Shown here piece after piece: positions 1-13,198 of a stretch of 64,000 nt of DNA; within the stretch, counting starts at the first letter, position 1; each line of letters opens with the position of its first letter. Source of the stretch: Octopus bimaculoides (taxonomy: Eukaryota); contig NC_069002.1 of the NCBI RefSeq assembly GCF_001194135.2, positions 14,144,137-14,208,136 on the forward strand, read 5' to 3'. The notes under the pieces are model-generated. The model was not told the DNA's origin. It saw nothing but the letters and a program-made list of their open reading frames with translations, and made no database searches. Position numbers and translations under genes: made by a program.

Positions 1-1054
1 TAAGATGATTCCCATGCTTTCCCTGATGAGAAGGTTACAATTTTAATATCAAAGATCCCTATGGATCACACAGGTTGTAATCCTTTGAAACATATGTAGG
101 AATAAAGTATGCAATTATAACATGCGTTTTCTCCAATCCTTAAATTCTTAAATATACTCAAATACCCAAAATTTCAAGGAGTTCCTGCCTTAAAAACAGG
201 AACTAAACCACAGTTATTTTGTGTTCTTTGCTACATTGGTTTCTATTAACCCATTTATTCTATCAGAAGAATTTTTATTCATTAAGATAGAAGAAATACA
301 CATAATTATATATGTATATATGTATATGTATACGTATATATGTACACATACGCACACATATACATACGCATGCACACACATGTACTTGCTCTCCCACTCT
401 CTCTCTCTTTTTCTCTCTTTCTCTGTATACACACACGAACACTAACAAGAACACATATATATATAGATACCTAGCTACCCAAATACATACACATAGATAA
501 ATAGGCAGATGCATGGCCATGTATGAGTATGTACGTGTATATAAGTAGGTATTTGTGGGTGTCAACTTACTACGTCTATACCTATGTATAGGTCTGTGTG
601 TCTGTGTGCAGCCCCCCCCACCCCACCTCAATAATCTCCAACAACAATTATCTGAATTTTTATTTAAACAATTCCTCTTCACGTCTTGCACTCTTTTCAA
701 AGACGGATAGAAACATTAACACATACACACACATGCGCTTACTCATACACATACTTACATACATATACATTTATGTATACGCGTGTGTATATGTTTACAC
801 ACATAGGCTCGCAGGCACACGCACACACATACGCACGCACATATACATATACGTACTTTTACACACCTGTCCACACATATATATATGTTTATATATNNNN
901 NNNNNNNNNNNNNNNNNNNNNNNNNNNNNNNNNNNNNNNNNNNNNNNNNNNNNNNNNNNNNNNNNNNNNNNNNNNNNNNNNNNNNNNNNNNNNNNNNNNN
1001 NNNNNNNNNNNNNNNNNNNNNNNNNNNNNNNNNNNNNNNNNNNNNNNNNNNNNN

Positions 1055-1124
1055 TCTTCTTCTTCTTCTTCTTCTTCTTCTTCTTCTTCTTCTTCTTCTT
1101 CTTCTTCTTCTTCTTCTTCTTCTT

Positions 1125-1183
<59 letters not shown>
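1055..1183. repeat. (TCT)n then (TAT)n microsatellite next to an N gap
   Basis: Pure triplet runs read directly from the sequence. Confidence 0.98.
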
Positions 1184-1408
1184 CATCATCAATGGTATAT
1201 TTCTAAACAAATATATCGCGATTCTGGTTGAACAAAGAATTTGCTGATGAGAAATTACCAATAGGGACTTCGATGTAGCTATGTTGGTAGGATTAATTCT
1301 CAACAGAACTGAGGGCGAAACTTGGCGACACTGGAATGGAGAGGTTGGTAAGATTGATCAGTGTAACTTGATTAGTAAGCCTTTAAATGGGATAACTCCT
1401 GGCGATTG

Positions 1409-1411
<3 letters not shown>

Positions 1412-1467
<56 letters not shown>

Positions 1468-1544
1468 AAGAAGAAATGATTTTGCTGATAACAATAACAA
1501 CAGGAACAGGAATAATAACAATGTGATGATGTTGAAGGTGTGAT

Positions 1545-1575
<31 letters not shown>

Positions 1576-1620
1576 AAGAAGAAGAAGAAGAAGAAGAAGA
1601 AGAAGAAGAAGAAGAAGAAA
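1412..1620. repeat. (AAT)n/(AAG)n compound microsatellite
   Basis: Triplet runs read directly from the sequence. Confidence 0.95.
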
Positions 1621-2099
1621 AATGATTTCTTTGAAAATTATTTATAATCTCTGATAGAAAATGAAAGAAATGATATTGTCAATCACAGCTGAAATTAATT
1701 ATGAAAAAAAAAAAAAAGCGCAATTAAAGAAGTAAAGGAAAGGGAGGTAAATAGTGTAATTATATAATGTAAAACATACAGGAATGGATGAGTAAATATT
1801 GTAGATATATAGAAGAGAAAAAAATTAGCTGAAATCAAAGAATTACTGGAACAAAAGATCCACTAGATCTTATTGGATATGTTGTTATGAAAAACAACAA
1901 CGATTGTTTGTAGAAAAATGTAAATAGTCCGATACCAGCCCAAAATGTTTTCCTAAAAAATTTCTGTTGAAATATAATAGAAATCAATAGAGCACCGACT
2001 GACCTACAAGAAGAATAGAAGAGAAAAAGATTGGTAGTTAGGGAATCTCCACGGACGAAACTATTCAAACAACGGTTATTGTTCAAAATACAACACTTG

Positions 2100-2225
2100 A
2101 ACAATCAGTGAGAAACTCGTTTAAGAAAGAAGTGAAAGAAGTAACCCAGGTGTTGAAAATGAATAAAAAAGATATTGGAAGACAGCAGGAAATCATAAAA
2201 TTCCAAAATTTTGGTTAAAATATCA
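2100..2225 (+). mobile_element. Decayed R4/Dong-type LINE, start of the RT domain
   Basis: 2176-2223 translates to WKTAGNHKIPKFWLKY, resembling the WKAPGPDxIxNFWLK motif that precedes RT in RLE-clade LINEs. Confidence 0.6.
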
Positions 2226-2769
2226 AATAAAGACAAATAGCGTCCAGGCATAGATGAGGTGACTGGTTTGCAGAGAAGCGACCTGATTGTCTACTGAGGC
2301 TCAGATCATGTTTGGTTTTTAGGTCAAGAGATACAACAAACACTCATTTTATAAGCTGCCTCAAAACAGCTTAAAATGTCTTTATTATAATAATGTCACA
2401 GAAGATAATTAAGCATGGAAATATGCAGTTTATTTCTAGAAATCTAAAACACGCAAAGGCTTGATTTAGAATGATTCATCTAAAATATGGAAATAGGATC
2501 GAAACGAGATGCTTTGAGAAAATCAACTAAATAAGTGTAGTTAAATCTATCGAAGGTGTTGAAGGAATCCAAGCTCATCAGAGCTCCACCAACAGTAGAT
2601 TTGTTGACGACATTTTTGTTAACCATCATTTCTACAATTTATCCTCTGAGACGGAGGGTGTTGTGGAAACATCTGTTAAGAATTGTACAAGACTCTACTT
2701 TCCTGAAACATTCTACCGACGACTAGCACCAACATCTTCGCTAGTCATTTTGCCCAAATCTTACTGCAT

Positions 2770-3238
2770 TCAGCAGAGTTATAAAACCGGATGTTATCAA
2801 ATAAGATGGTGCCTCACTACATTGGCGACAGCATGTTCGTGAGTTCCTCAATGAAACATTTCCAGACCGTTGGACTGGACGGGATGGACCAATTCCGTGG
2901 CCACTTGATATCACACCTCAGGAGTTCTTTCTATGGGGCTATGTAATAGATATCGTGTATCGAACAAAGATACGGTATATTACTGAGCTAAAGCAAAAGA
3001 TAATAGATGTTATTGCACTCATTGATAAGGCTATGCTACAGCGAACATGGTAAGAAATCGAGTACTGTCTTGATGTGCTTCGTGCGACTAATGGTGCCCA
3101 TATAGAGATGTATTAAATGAGATAAAAAAACTTTGAAAACTACTGAGTACAATAGAACAAGTCTGATTAAGACATCTTACCAAATGTCTTTGTAATATTT
3201 TTTTTTTAAACTGTAAAAGATTTTATGGATACCCTGTA
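2770..3238 (+). mobile_element. Tc1/mariner remnant: transposase C-terminus plus right TIR
   Basis: 2805-3116 reads DGASLHWRQHVREFLNETFPDRWTGRDGPIPWPLDITPQEFFLWGYV...RTW*EIEYCLDVLRATNGAHIEMY*. It has one internal stop and lacks the WPPRSPD core. It ends ...ATGGATACCCTG|TA (CAGGG terminus with a TA target). Confidence 0.92.
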
Positions 3239-3439
3239 TTTCTTTCTATTGCCATTTCTATATTGTTAAATAGCATCAATTCTACTCTTATGTTTTCTTT
3301 ACAGAAATGAATATTTTGACAAATATAAAAATATTTAAATTTTAACTAAATAGAAAAAAATACTTTCACTGTTATTAACATCAGCATATGGTTTTGAAGT
3401 CAGAGAATGTAGCACGGCTGAAAGGTTTTATAGTCCACC

Positions 3440-3545
3440 CTAAATTATTAGGTACTGGGTTCGATTCCACTGTATGATACCTTGAGAAATGCTTTTTTTT
3501 TTACCATAGCCTCGGATCTCTACAAGCCTTGTGAGAAAATGAATT
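3440..3545 (+). mobile_element. Degenerate tRNA-derived SINE (family A head)
   Basis: B-box GGTTCGATTCC followed by ACCTTGAG...ATAGCCTCGG...AAGCCTTGTGAG, which matches the better-preserved copy at 32362-32522. Confidence 0.7.
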
Positions 3546-3799
3546 TACTTGTAATTCAACGGTTTAGACTTGTTACACACATTGCTTCGAACTGACTCTA
3601 CTTGGAACTGACACTGATGGTACATAAGTCTGCAGAATACTCTGCTACTTACACGTTAATGCAAAGAGAAAGTAGTTGAGTTGATCGAAAAAGTGAAAAC
3701 TCAACGCCGAAAATGACGGAAACCCATTTTATGGTTTTGAATTGTTGACTGCAACGTAAAAGTCCCACACACTAAAGACCACAATACTAAACCATTGAC

Positions 3800-3960
3800 G
3801 GAGTCTTTGCAAAGTCACTCGACCTGTTAAATATAGCAGCTAAGTCTCCCCGGAAGTCAACCTACCGTCTTCAAAATGAAAAGAAGCACTGGGCAATTTA
3901 AACCTAAATATATAAAGAGATAAACATGACTGAAATACATTTGATCATTGGTGACCAAAT
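3800..3960 (+). mobile_element. Interspersed repeat family G (SINE-like)
   Basis: The motif GACCTGTTA(G)AAATAGCAGC(C)AA(A)TCT... recurs at about 9360, 10735, 10890 and 24890, and the family tail recurs reversed at about 62100. Confidence 0.6.
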
Positions 3961-4789
3961 GTATTCTCACCTGTTTGTTGTTTATACAGAAAATTACAAA
4001 TTCACGGAAGTGACATTATCACACATAGATACAATCATACACTTATATTCATAAAGAAGCAATAACGAGAAACAGTAAGCGAAGAAGTAAGCAGTGTGTG
4101 TGTGAGCGCGCGCACGCAGAGAAGACAGAATGAAAGAGAGAGAGAGAGAGAGCAAAGGTGCAAGATTAGTACGTTCGATTTTGATAGAAAGAGAGAGAGA
4201 GAGAGAGTGAGAGAGAGAGAGAGGGGGAGAGAGGAAGAAAGAGAGGGAGAAAGAGAGAGAGGAAGAGAGAGAGAGAGAGATAGGAAGAAAGAAAGTGAGA
4301 AAGAGAGAAAGCGTAAGAGAGAAAGAATGGGAGAGATCGAGAAACAGAAAGTTAGAAAGTTATTGTGATACATGCATAAAATGAATAGAGACGGAAAAAG
4401 AGAAGAAAAGGTATAAAAGCGGGAGAGTGTCTTTGTATGTGAGAGTGTGTGTGTGTGTGTGTGAGAGAGAGAGGTAGAGAAAGAGTGAGGGAGAGAGAGG
4501 GAGTGAGAGGGAGAGAAAGAGTGAAAGAGAGAGACTTAGAGAACGCTAGACAGAGAGGTAGAGTAAGTGCAAGATTAACACATTAGCTAATCTCCTTAAC
4601 ACACTTATTACTAAAGTGGTTTATTGTAAAAATAGAATAGAATAAGTTAAGTCCGATTAGGTTTGGTTCATTTTAAGAAAATCAAGCAAAATACATCGCA
4701 AAATACATTCTGACTGATTTTTGGTAAAAGGGCTTTATAATCGACCCAAAACATAAGCAAAATAATATATATATATATGTGCATATATA

Positions 4790-4845
<56 letters not shown>

Positions 4846-4869
4846 ATAATAATAATAATAATAATAATT

Positions 4870-5200
4870 ATTATTTTTATTCCTTCGTAACACAGTGTAG
4901 GTAAAATGCACCGGAGTTTTTAGTCATCTATCAAGTCACAACAAGGACCTCAGATAGATATTACTTTCCTTAAGATGTGCGCTGTGCCCAATAAGACTGC
5001 TTTTTGCAAGACATCAATCTTGCATGAGATTTCGAGTTGCCTTAAGGAAGTCTTGAAGTTTCCAATTAAGTAACCCTTCCTCCTAATCACTCTCACTTGG
5101 TTCATTAGTTCATTTTCTGACATTGGACACATGTCCTTTTCCCTCCAAAATTTCAAGGTACGTCGGCCTACACCGTCACGATATCGTTATATTAGATAAT
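4870..5200 (-). mobile_element. R4/Dong-type LINE derivative with an N-terminal motif fused to the C-terminus
   Basis: ORF 4950-5156: KFWREKDMCPMSENELMNQVRVIRRKGYL joined to QLEISCKIDVLQKAVLLGTAHILRKVISI*. A short 3' UTR follows and ends at an AAT/ATT array. Confidence 0.85.
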
Positions 5201-5266
5201 TAAAAATGTTGGTATATTTGTACAAGTAAGGAAGCGCCATTCCCATGTGTCTCATAGCACCAGACT

Positions 5267-5301
<35 letters not shown>

Positions 5302-5819
5302 ATCCATCCATGCACCCACTCATCTATCTATATGTCTATCTATATGTATGTCTGTCTATCTATCCATCTATCTATGAACACCTATGTAAGTTCTACCAAT
5401 TATTAATGATGAATATATATAACAGATTGACTCAGCTATATATTTACATATAAATTTATGTGAGGTCCATTAGTTAGTTAGTCACGCCCTCCATAATAGC
5501 TATATTATAGGTTTAACTCTCTGGAAAATTTTTATAAATTCCTCTGTTAACATATATCGATAAAAAGGCACTTTCAAAGCGTCTGTTAATATTTACTATA
5601 ACAAATTTAAATAGTTGCCAGGCTTTACGTTCACTGCAGAGTAGATTTTAACATTTGATAATCAATATTAATATGTTCTGGCAAAATTTTTCGTTTTCAT
5701 TTGCAACACAGTCTCTCACTTACTCTCTCTCCCACCTCTTTTTTTTCTCATTAATAATAATCTACTTAATACATATTTATTGCAATTTTTTCTTTTCAAG
5801 TTTTATTTCGTTATTTCAG

Positions 5820-5832
5820 ATGAGGAAATCAG
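5820..5832 (+). other. Candidate 13-nt microexon
   Basis: Long pyrimidine tract, then TTTCAG|ATGAGGAAATCAG|GTATTT. Supported by splice signals only. Confidence 0.2.
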
Positions 5833-6189
5833 GTATTTTCTTGAGTTGAATTCGCTGTGTAAATACCCTCAGTTTACTGTTTATTCATACTGAAAATAAA
5901 TTATATTGGACAACTTATTAAAACTTACTGAAGCTTCGAACTCATGTGGCTTATTTCCTTTTCATCGTTATCTAAGAATTAGCAAGTGAATTTGTTCCTA
6001 TGGCTATTTGATACGCTATATGTATTAAAATATCACTATGTGATTACTGCTATTTTTTCGCACACCAAACGTAGTTGGACTACCTTGATGTTTGTTTAAA
6101 AAGAAAGAGATGATGAGTGTGATAAAATAATGAAAGCAATATTTACTGAGCAAGTGAGAAATTATACAAGAAAATAATTAGACTTAAAA

Positions 6190-6780
6190 TATCATAAAAA
6201 TTATTAGAATTGGGAATCAAATATGGAAATGTTATCGCGTGGCTAGCAGAAAACCGCCCATAGGGCAGTCTTTCTGCTAGTACATATGATAAGGAAATGA
6301 TAAATAAATACTATACACGGTATACACTAGAAAAGAAGAGCCACATGCATAGCATACAAAGGTAAAAAAGGTGGGGATGATAGAGATGTGGGCCTCCTGA
6401 TACAGGGATAATGGAGGAACCCCACTGTCTGAGATTTTCCTGAAACCCCATGAGCAAGTGCCCTCTCCAATTCCTTCTCATCGACTCACAAGTCTACATT
6501 TAGAGGGATATCAACCACTCTTGCCATTTTCGCAACTTTCACCCAACTTTCAATAAACTCACCTGAGGACAGCACTTCTCTCTCCATTTTCAATTCTATT
6601 TTCAAGTTAAACTTGAAAAAATCAACGAGAGCTCTACCAAAGAGGAATGTATCTGGCCTCATACAGTTCAGCCTTGTCCACCAAACGACCTCTTTCGCCA
6701 CAGCCATAAGGAAAAGGAAAAAACTACCTTGCCTGCACGATTGGCAGACGTAACAGAGGGACTAAAAAGCCGGGAGTTCC
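6190..6780 (-). mobile_element. 5'-truncated Tx1/L1-clade LINE 3' end
   Basis: ORF 6486-6707 MAVAKEVVWWTRLNCMRPDTFLFGRALVDFFKFNLKIELKMEREVLSSGEFIESWVKVA resembles the ORF2 C-terminus of Tx1-like LINEs (recalled, not searched). The 3' UTR contains a hairpin at 6243-6280. Confidence 0.65.
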
Positions 6781-6893
6781 GTGTGTTAAGCCTGTGTTAA
6801 ACTTATTAAACGTGTGTTAAACTTATTAAACCTGTGTACAGGTGTGTTTGTATTTGTGTATCTGTGTGCGCGTACGTGTATGCGTGTGTACAA

Positions 6894-6965
<72 letters not shown>

Positions 6966-7866
6966 GTCTGTCTGTCTGTCTGTCTGCCTGTCTGTCTGTC
7001 TATATAAATACATATACACACATATATGTATATGTATACATTTGTATATGTATATACGAATATATGCGAATGCACATACATGCACACTCCACTTCCTGTG
7101 AGGTTAGTTCATCGGCTTAGTGGCACCACGTTGAAGCTGGTACCGATTACCAACAAGCATTTGTTCTCCGGAAAGGGAGATAAATTTCGTTGTATGTTAT
7201 TTAATTTACCTTCAGTCGTCTTTGATGTCAATATACATGACACTGTCAACTATCAGTTATGTCTCTTAGGTCATTTCCATTTCATGCATATTTTTGTATC
7301 TATGTAATTTGTTTGTATATATATATATATATATATATATNNNNNNNNNNNNNNNNNNNNNNNNNNNNNNNNNNNNNNNNNNNNNNNNNNNNNNNNNNNN
7401 NNNNNNNNNNNNNNNNNNNNNNNNNNNNNNNNNNNNNNNNNNNNNNNNNNNNNNNNNNNNNNNNNNNNNNNNNNNNNNNNNNNNNNNNNNNNNNNNNNNN
7501 NNNNNNNNNNNNNNNNNNNNNNNNNNNNNNNNNNNNNNNNNNNNNNNNNNNNNNNNNNNNNNNNNNNNNNNNNNNNNNNNNNNNNNNNNNNNNNNNNNNN
7601 NNNNNNNNNNNNNNNNNNNNNNNNNNNNNNNNNNNNNNNNNNNNNNNNNNNNNNNNNNNNNNNNNNNNNNNNNNNNNNNNNNNNNNNNNNNNNNNNNNNN
7701 NNNNNNNNNNNNNNNNNNNNNNNNNNNNNNNNNNNNNNNNNNNNNNNNNNNNNNTTCTGCTGTGCCAAAGAATGTCCGTCTACAGGAACTAAATGTAATA
7801 TTGTCAAATAGCTGAGGAACAAATGCAAATTAAGGGAATAAAAAAAATACCTACTCCCGTTAATAA

Positions 7867-7943
<77 letters not shown>

Positions 7944-8403
7944 GCATTAACAAAGAGGATAACGCTAAATAGAAATGCAGAGCGGAACGGTGGCTGCCAT
8001 TTATTCTCTATATTTCAAATTTGTTACTAAGATGCTTTTAGCGAAATTATTGCCCTGCACTCCTATACAATTCTGTTTTTTTTACTCTAAACATTTTATG
8101 TATTATTTTTCTTTTCTATTCTGTTGAGTTATCGTTTTTTTTGCTTTGTTTTTGCTTTGTGTTATGTGTTATAACCAGTTTAGTAGTGTTTGTTGTAAAC
8201 TGTTTAGTTTCTGTTTAGTTTTTTTGGTTTTCTTTGAAATTATTTTTGGTGGGGGAAGCTTTCTTTCCCCACTCCCGTTCCATTTCCAATCCAAAATGAT
8301 TTTTTTAGACAGTGAGATCCACGGTTTTTGTGCATGTGTATTAATAACAATAAAAGTAAAAATAATAACAATAAGAATATTTAAAAAAGCAATAATGGAA
8401 GAA

Positions 8404-8463
<60 letters not shown>

Positions 8464-8512
8464 GTGTGACTATCTATCTGTGTGATTATCTATCTATCTA
8501 TCTCTCTGTCTA

Positions 8513-8571
<59 letters not shown>

Positions 8572-8664
8572 GTATGTATGTATTCTTTCATATACATAAA
8601 TATTATTGTGTCTATGCACATATGTATCTATCTATCTATATCTATGTCTCTCTTTCTTTCTCTC

Positions 8665-8744
<80 letters not shown>

Positions 8745-8754
8745 NNNNNNNNNN

Positions 8755-8795
<41 letters not shown>

Positions 8796-9359
8796 CATAT
8801 ATATATATATATAAATGTATATATGTTGATGTATATATGCATGAATGTTTATTCCAATAGAAGTGGAAAATAAATTATAAAAATATATAAGTGAATGGAA
8901 GGATAACAAATGTTTTCTTGTTTTTAATGTTCTAACACATTGAGTTCTTTTATTCAGCTGTGTTTATATTTTATTTCATTCCTTCATTCCCGCATTCCTC
9001 TATTCACAGTTAATATTCAGAGTGCCATTCCTAGTTCACAGCTCACAAAACCAAAACTACTTTACTCCTCGCCATTTTATTACAAAAGCTCAGTTATTCA
9101 TATTACTATTGTGTTTTCGGATATCTTTAGATATTTTTACAATGACAAAGCTTGATAATATTTCGAAAGTTGCTTTTAAATTAAAACTCCAGAAATCTAT
9201 TAATATATACTGACGTCACTGTTTTGTAGGCGTCGTTAATCCTATCCCCACATTCGCCATAATTTCAAGATGCTGCCGGTTTTCATGACTTCGCCATGTT
9301 TTCTGACTTTTCTTTAAATCAAGATAACGGGAATCGATTTTTTAAAATATAATTGTGTA

Positions 9360-9545
9360 GTCTGTTAGAAATAGCAGTCAAATCTGCCACAAATCACAAT
9401 CTTTCGTCTTATTTATTATCACGTTGGATAATGTCATCGTCATAGTTTCGCTGTGAAAAAAACGAGATGATCACAGATGAAATGTCTTTGAACATAAGAC
9501 TGTTTGATTAAATTTGACACGGGGCTTAACAACGATAACAACAAA
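9360..9545 (+). mobile_element. Repeat family G copy
   Basis: CTGTTAGAAATAGCAGTCAAATCT...TTGGATAATGT...AACAACAA. Confidence 0.6.
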
Positions 9546-10344
9546 AATAATCTTTTATATTGTCTCTCTAAATTTCGTACGTACAACTGCCTGTATTGTA
9601 GCAGTTGTTGTTTTGATCCTCCATGTTTGAACAGACCTAGATTATTTAATGTAGTATTAGAATTTTTAGGACAGTAGGTTTTCTAAGAGTAATATAGCTG
9701 TTATTTCATGTAGGCCACCCGACAACGTAGACATTCTCTCGTTGGCTCTTAAGTATCTATAAATTATTGTTAAATTTTATTTCCAGGTCATGTTTGATTC
9801 AGCTGACTTATGATTAAAGGTATTCCAAATTAACCATCTACAACTTTGCCTCACAAATAAATCCTTCTACAGCCCTGCTTTACAAATAAATATTTTAAAA
9901 CCTGCTTCATAATACATCTCCTAAAGCTTTTGCCTTAAACTTAAATCTTGTACAGACCTTGCCTTACAGTTAAGTGTTCTATAAACTTGCTTTATAACTT
10001 TATACTACTGTGCTCTCTTGCTAGACTGCCCGTGATGTCTACTGAATAATTTAAAATTTAATATTATTAGTTTCCCTTTATCATTAAAATTCTATCGAGA
10101 ATCGTACACTTAATTACTGTAATTAAAAATCGATTCCTTACTCTTCGTTTTCCTTTTTCTTCTATTTGGAGCAATCGAAATGTAATTAGCAGATGCTAGA
10201 TGCTAGTTCCAACCAAGTTCTCTGTTCTGAGACAAAATATAAATAAAATTATTTAATTGGGAAGATATTTTCGAAGACCTATTTGCCGTTTTATAGAAGC
10301 AAAAAGGATTCTGGGAAGAAAACAACTTTGAATTTCAATTAATG

Positions 10345-10500
10345 TAGAAACGGCTCTGGTGGTTAAGCATTTTGATTCGTAAACATATGGGGATCCGTGT
10401 TCGATTTCAAACTGTGCGGTGTTTTAGGCCAGCGTCCTTCTTCTAGAGGGTCGAGTAAAACTTTGAGGAAATAATTTGGAAGATGAAAACTCTGAATAGA
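10345..10500 (+). mobile_element. Degenerate SINE family A head
   Basis: A-box-like GGCTCTGGTGGT and B-box GTTCGATTTC, then a body similar to 32362-32522. Confidence 0.55.
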
Positions 10501-10889
10501 ATACTATGGTGGGTGTGGTGGTGAGAGGACTTGAGGCATTGCTCCAACATAGTCACAGCTTGAATAAAAGAGTAGAATAATCAAGCATTCTATTACAATA
10601 CCATTATCTTCTATTTGAGCAGAGAACAAACGAATTATCTTGATCTTCTCACATAAGATTTTGAATACTTAGAATATTTCTGAAGTCAACATTGGTCACT
10701 TCGATCTCATGATAGCACCACTGTGAGGTCAGTCGATATGCTAAAATAGCAGCCAATTCTCCCTTAAACCTGTCTCTATCGTTTTAAAAATCTACTCGAC
10801 ACAAATAGAAACGGACGGTGGAGAGATTTGCAAACAAAATAAAAGATTTGACATCCCGAATTTAGAGACAATGAAAGAACCTTCACGTT

Positions 10890-11090
10890 GTGGTTACATG
10901 ATTTGTTAGAAATCACAGCCAAATCACGCTTAAAAAACACAGAACGGCCTTAAAAGAGGAAGGATATATAGTATTACGTAGTCCTAGATTAACTATGTCT
11001 GAAAATAAGACAAAATGGTCGTCTTATTGGAGTGACTTTTATCCTAGATGTGCTTTATAAATTAGAACACACTTGACTCTAAACAACACC
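10890..11090 (+). mobile_element. Repeat family G copy
   Basis: TTGTTAGAAATCACAGCCAAATC...GTAGTCCTAGAT...ACTATGTCTGAAAATAAGAC...CTAAACAAC. Confidence 0.65.
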
Positions 11091-11174
11091 TTTCAGTAAT
11101 ATATTACAATCAACTACCACAACCACTATAGCTACAAATTCTAACACTAACGCCATTTAAAGCAAGAACATTCT

Positions 11175-11356
11175 ATAACCACCACCACCACCACCACTAC
11201 CACCGCCACCACCACCGCCACGACGACGACGACGACCACCACCACCGCCACCACCACCAACGCTATAACTACCACTTGAAACGCTGCCGTTAACATTTAA
11301 ATACAATATTCTATAAGGCACCAAGTCTATTATCAACTACTACTACTACTACTACT

Positions 11357-11430
<74 letters not shown>

Positions 11431-11616
11431 TGCTGCTACTACTACTACTACATAAGCGCAGCAACTATTTTATAACAACTACTAATGCTCATCATCATCA
11501 TCATCAGCATCATCACAACCCTCATCAGCACATTATCTGAGGCATCATCAAAACTAACAATAACAGGAAATGCAGCACGAAGAAAACGCATCAACTAATT
11601 AACAGCGACAGCAACG

Positions 11617-11647
<31 letters not shown>

Positions 11648-11660
11648 CAGCTGCTAGAAC
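11175..11660. repeat. Compound triplet microsatellite region (ACC/ACG/ACT/GCT/CAT/CAG)
   Basis: Successive triplet arrays read directly from the sequence. Confidence 0.95.
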
Positions 11661-11930
11661 AACAAAAAAAAAACAACAGAAATAAAACAAACATTAGCAA
11701 TGTCTAAAGACAAACCGCAACAAATACAAAAAGCTCATCAAGCATTGAAGAACCACAAGGAAAAACCACAACCACGACGAAAACGAAAGCAGCCTCCATA
11801 AAGAGCATGAAACATGCCATTGTCACCCTTGTAAACAGCGGAAGTTACGCTACAGTGGTTAACTGTCTGCTTAGATGGAAAATATCAATCAATATGTCGG
11901 ACAGTTATGCGTCTGTATGTATGTGTGCAT

Positions 11931-12001
<71 letters not shown>

Positions 12002-13100
12002 NNNNNNNNNNNNNNNNNNNNNNNNNNNNNNNNNNNNNNNNNNNNNNNNNNNNNNNNNNNNNNNNNNNNNNNNNNNNNNNNNNNNNNNNNNNNNNNNNNN
12101 NNNNNNNNNNNNNNNNNNNNNNNNNNNNNNNNNNNNNNNNNNNNNNNNNNNNNNNNNNNNNNNNNNNNNNNNNNNNNNNNNNNNNNNNNNNNNNNNNNNN
12201 NNNNNNNNNNNNNNNNNNNNNNNNNNNNNNNNNNNNNNNNNNNNNNNNNNNNNNNNNNNNNNNNNNNNNNNNNNNNNNNNNNNNNNNNNNNNNNNNNNNN
12301 NNNNNNNNNNNNNNNNNNNNNNNNNNNNNNNNNNNNNNNNNNNNNNNNNNNNNNNNNNNNNNNNNNNNNNNNNNNNNNNNNNNNNNNNNNNNNNNNNNNN
12401 NNNNNNNNNNNNNNNNNNNNNNNNNNNNNNNNNNNNNNNNNNNNNNNNNNNNNNNNNNNNNNNNNNNNNNNNNNNNNNNNNNNNNNNNNNNNNNNNNNNN
12501 NNNNNNNNNNNNNNNNNNNNNNNNNNNNNNNNNNNNNNNNNNNNNNNNNNNNNNNNNNNNNNNNNNNNNNNNNNNNNNNNNNNNNNNNNNNNNNNNNNNN
12601 NNNNNNNNNNNNNNNNNNNNNNNNNNNNNNNNNNNNNNNNNNNNNNNNNNNNNNNNNNNNNNNNNNNNNNNNNNNNNNNNNNNNNNNNNNNNNNNNNTAT
12701 ATATGTATATATATATATATATGCATATATGTGTATATATGCATAAGCTATTTCTACACGTTCCCTCAGGCTGGGCCAGTTTTATCCTAACATTTCATAT
12801 AATGTTTATTTACGTTGTTATTAATAGAAGATCCCAATCTCTAATTTATAAGAAGTTGCTGAAATTTTATTTTAATCTAATCAATTTAGTTGGTAAAGGT
12901 GAATCGTTTTCCTCTGTATTTACACAATATTTATTTATATCAATATATTTTACTATCTTTTTTTTGTTTTATTTACAAGTTTAAAATCTCTATACGTTTG
13001 TGTTTGTGTACGTATGTGTTTGCTTTATTTAGCACACACTGTTATGCAGGTATGTATATGTATTTACATATACATGTATCTATACATATACACATATATG

Positions 13101-13134
<34 letters not shown>

Positions 13135-13144
13135 TGTATGTATG

Positions 13145-13198
<54 letters not shown>

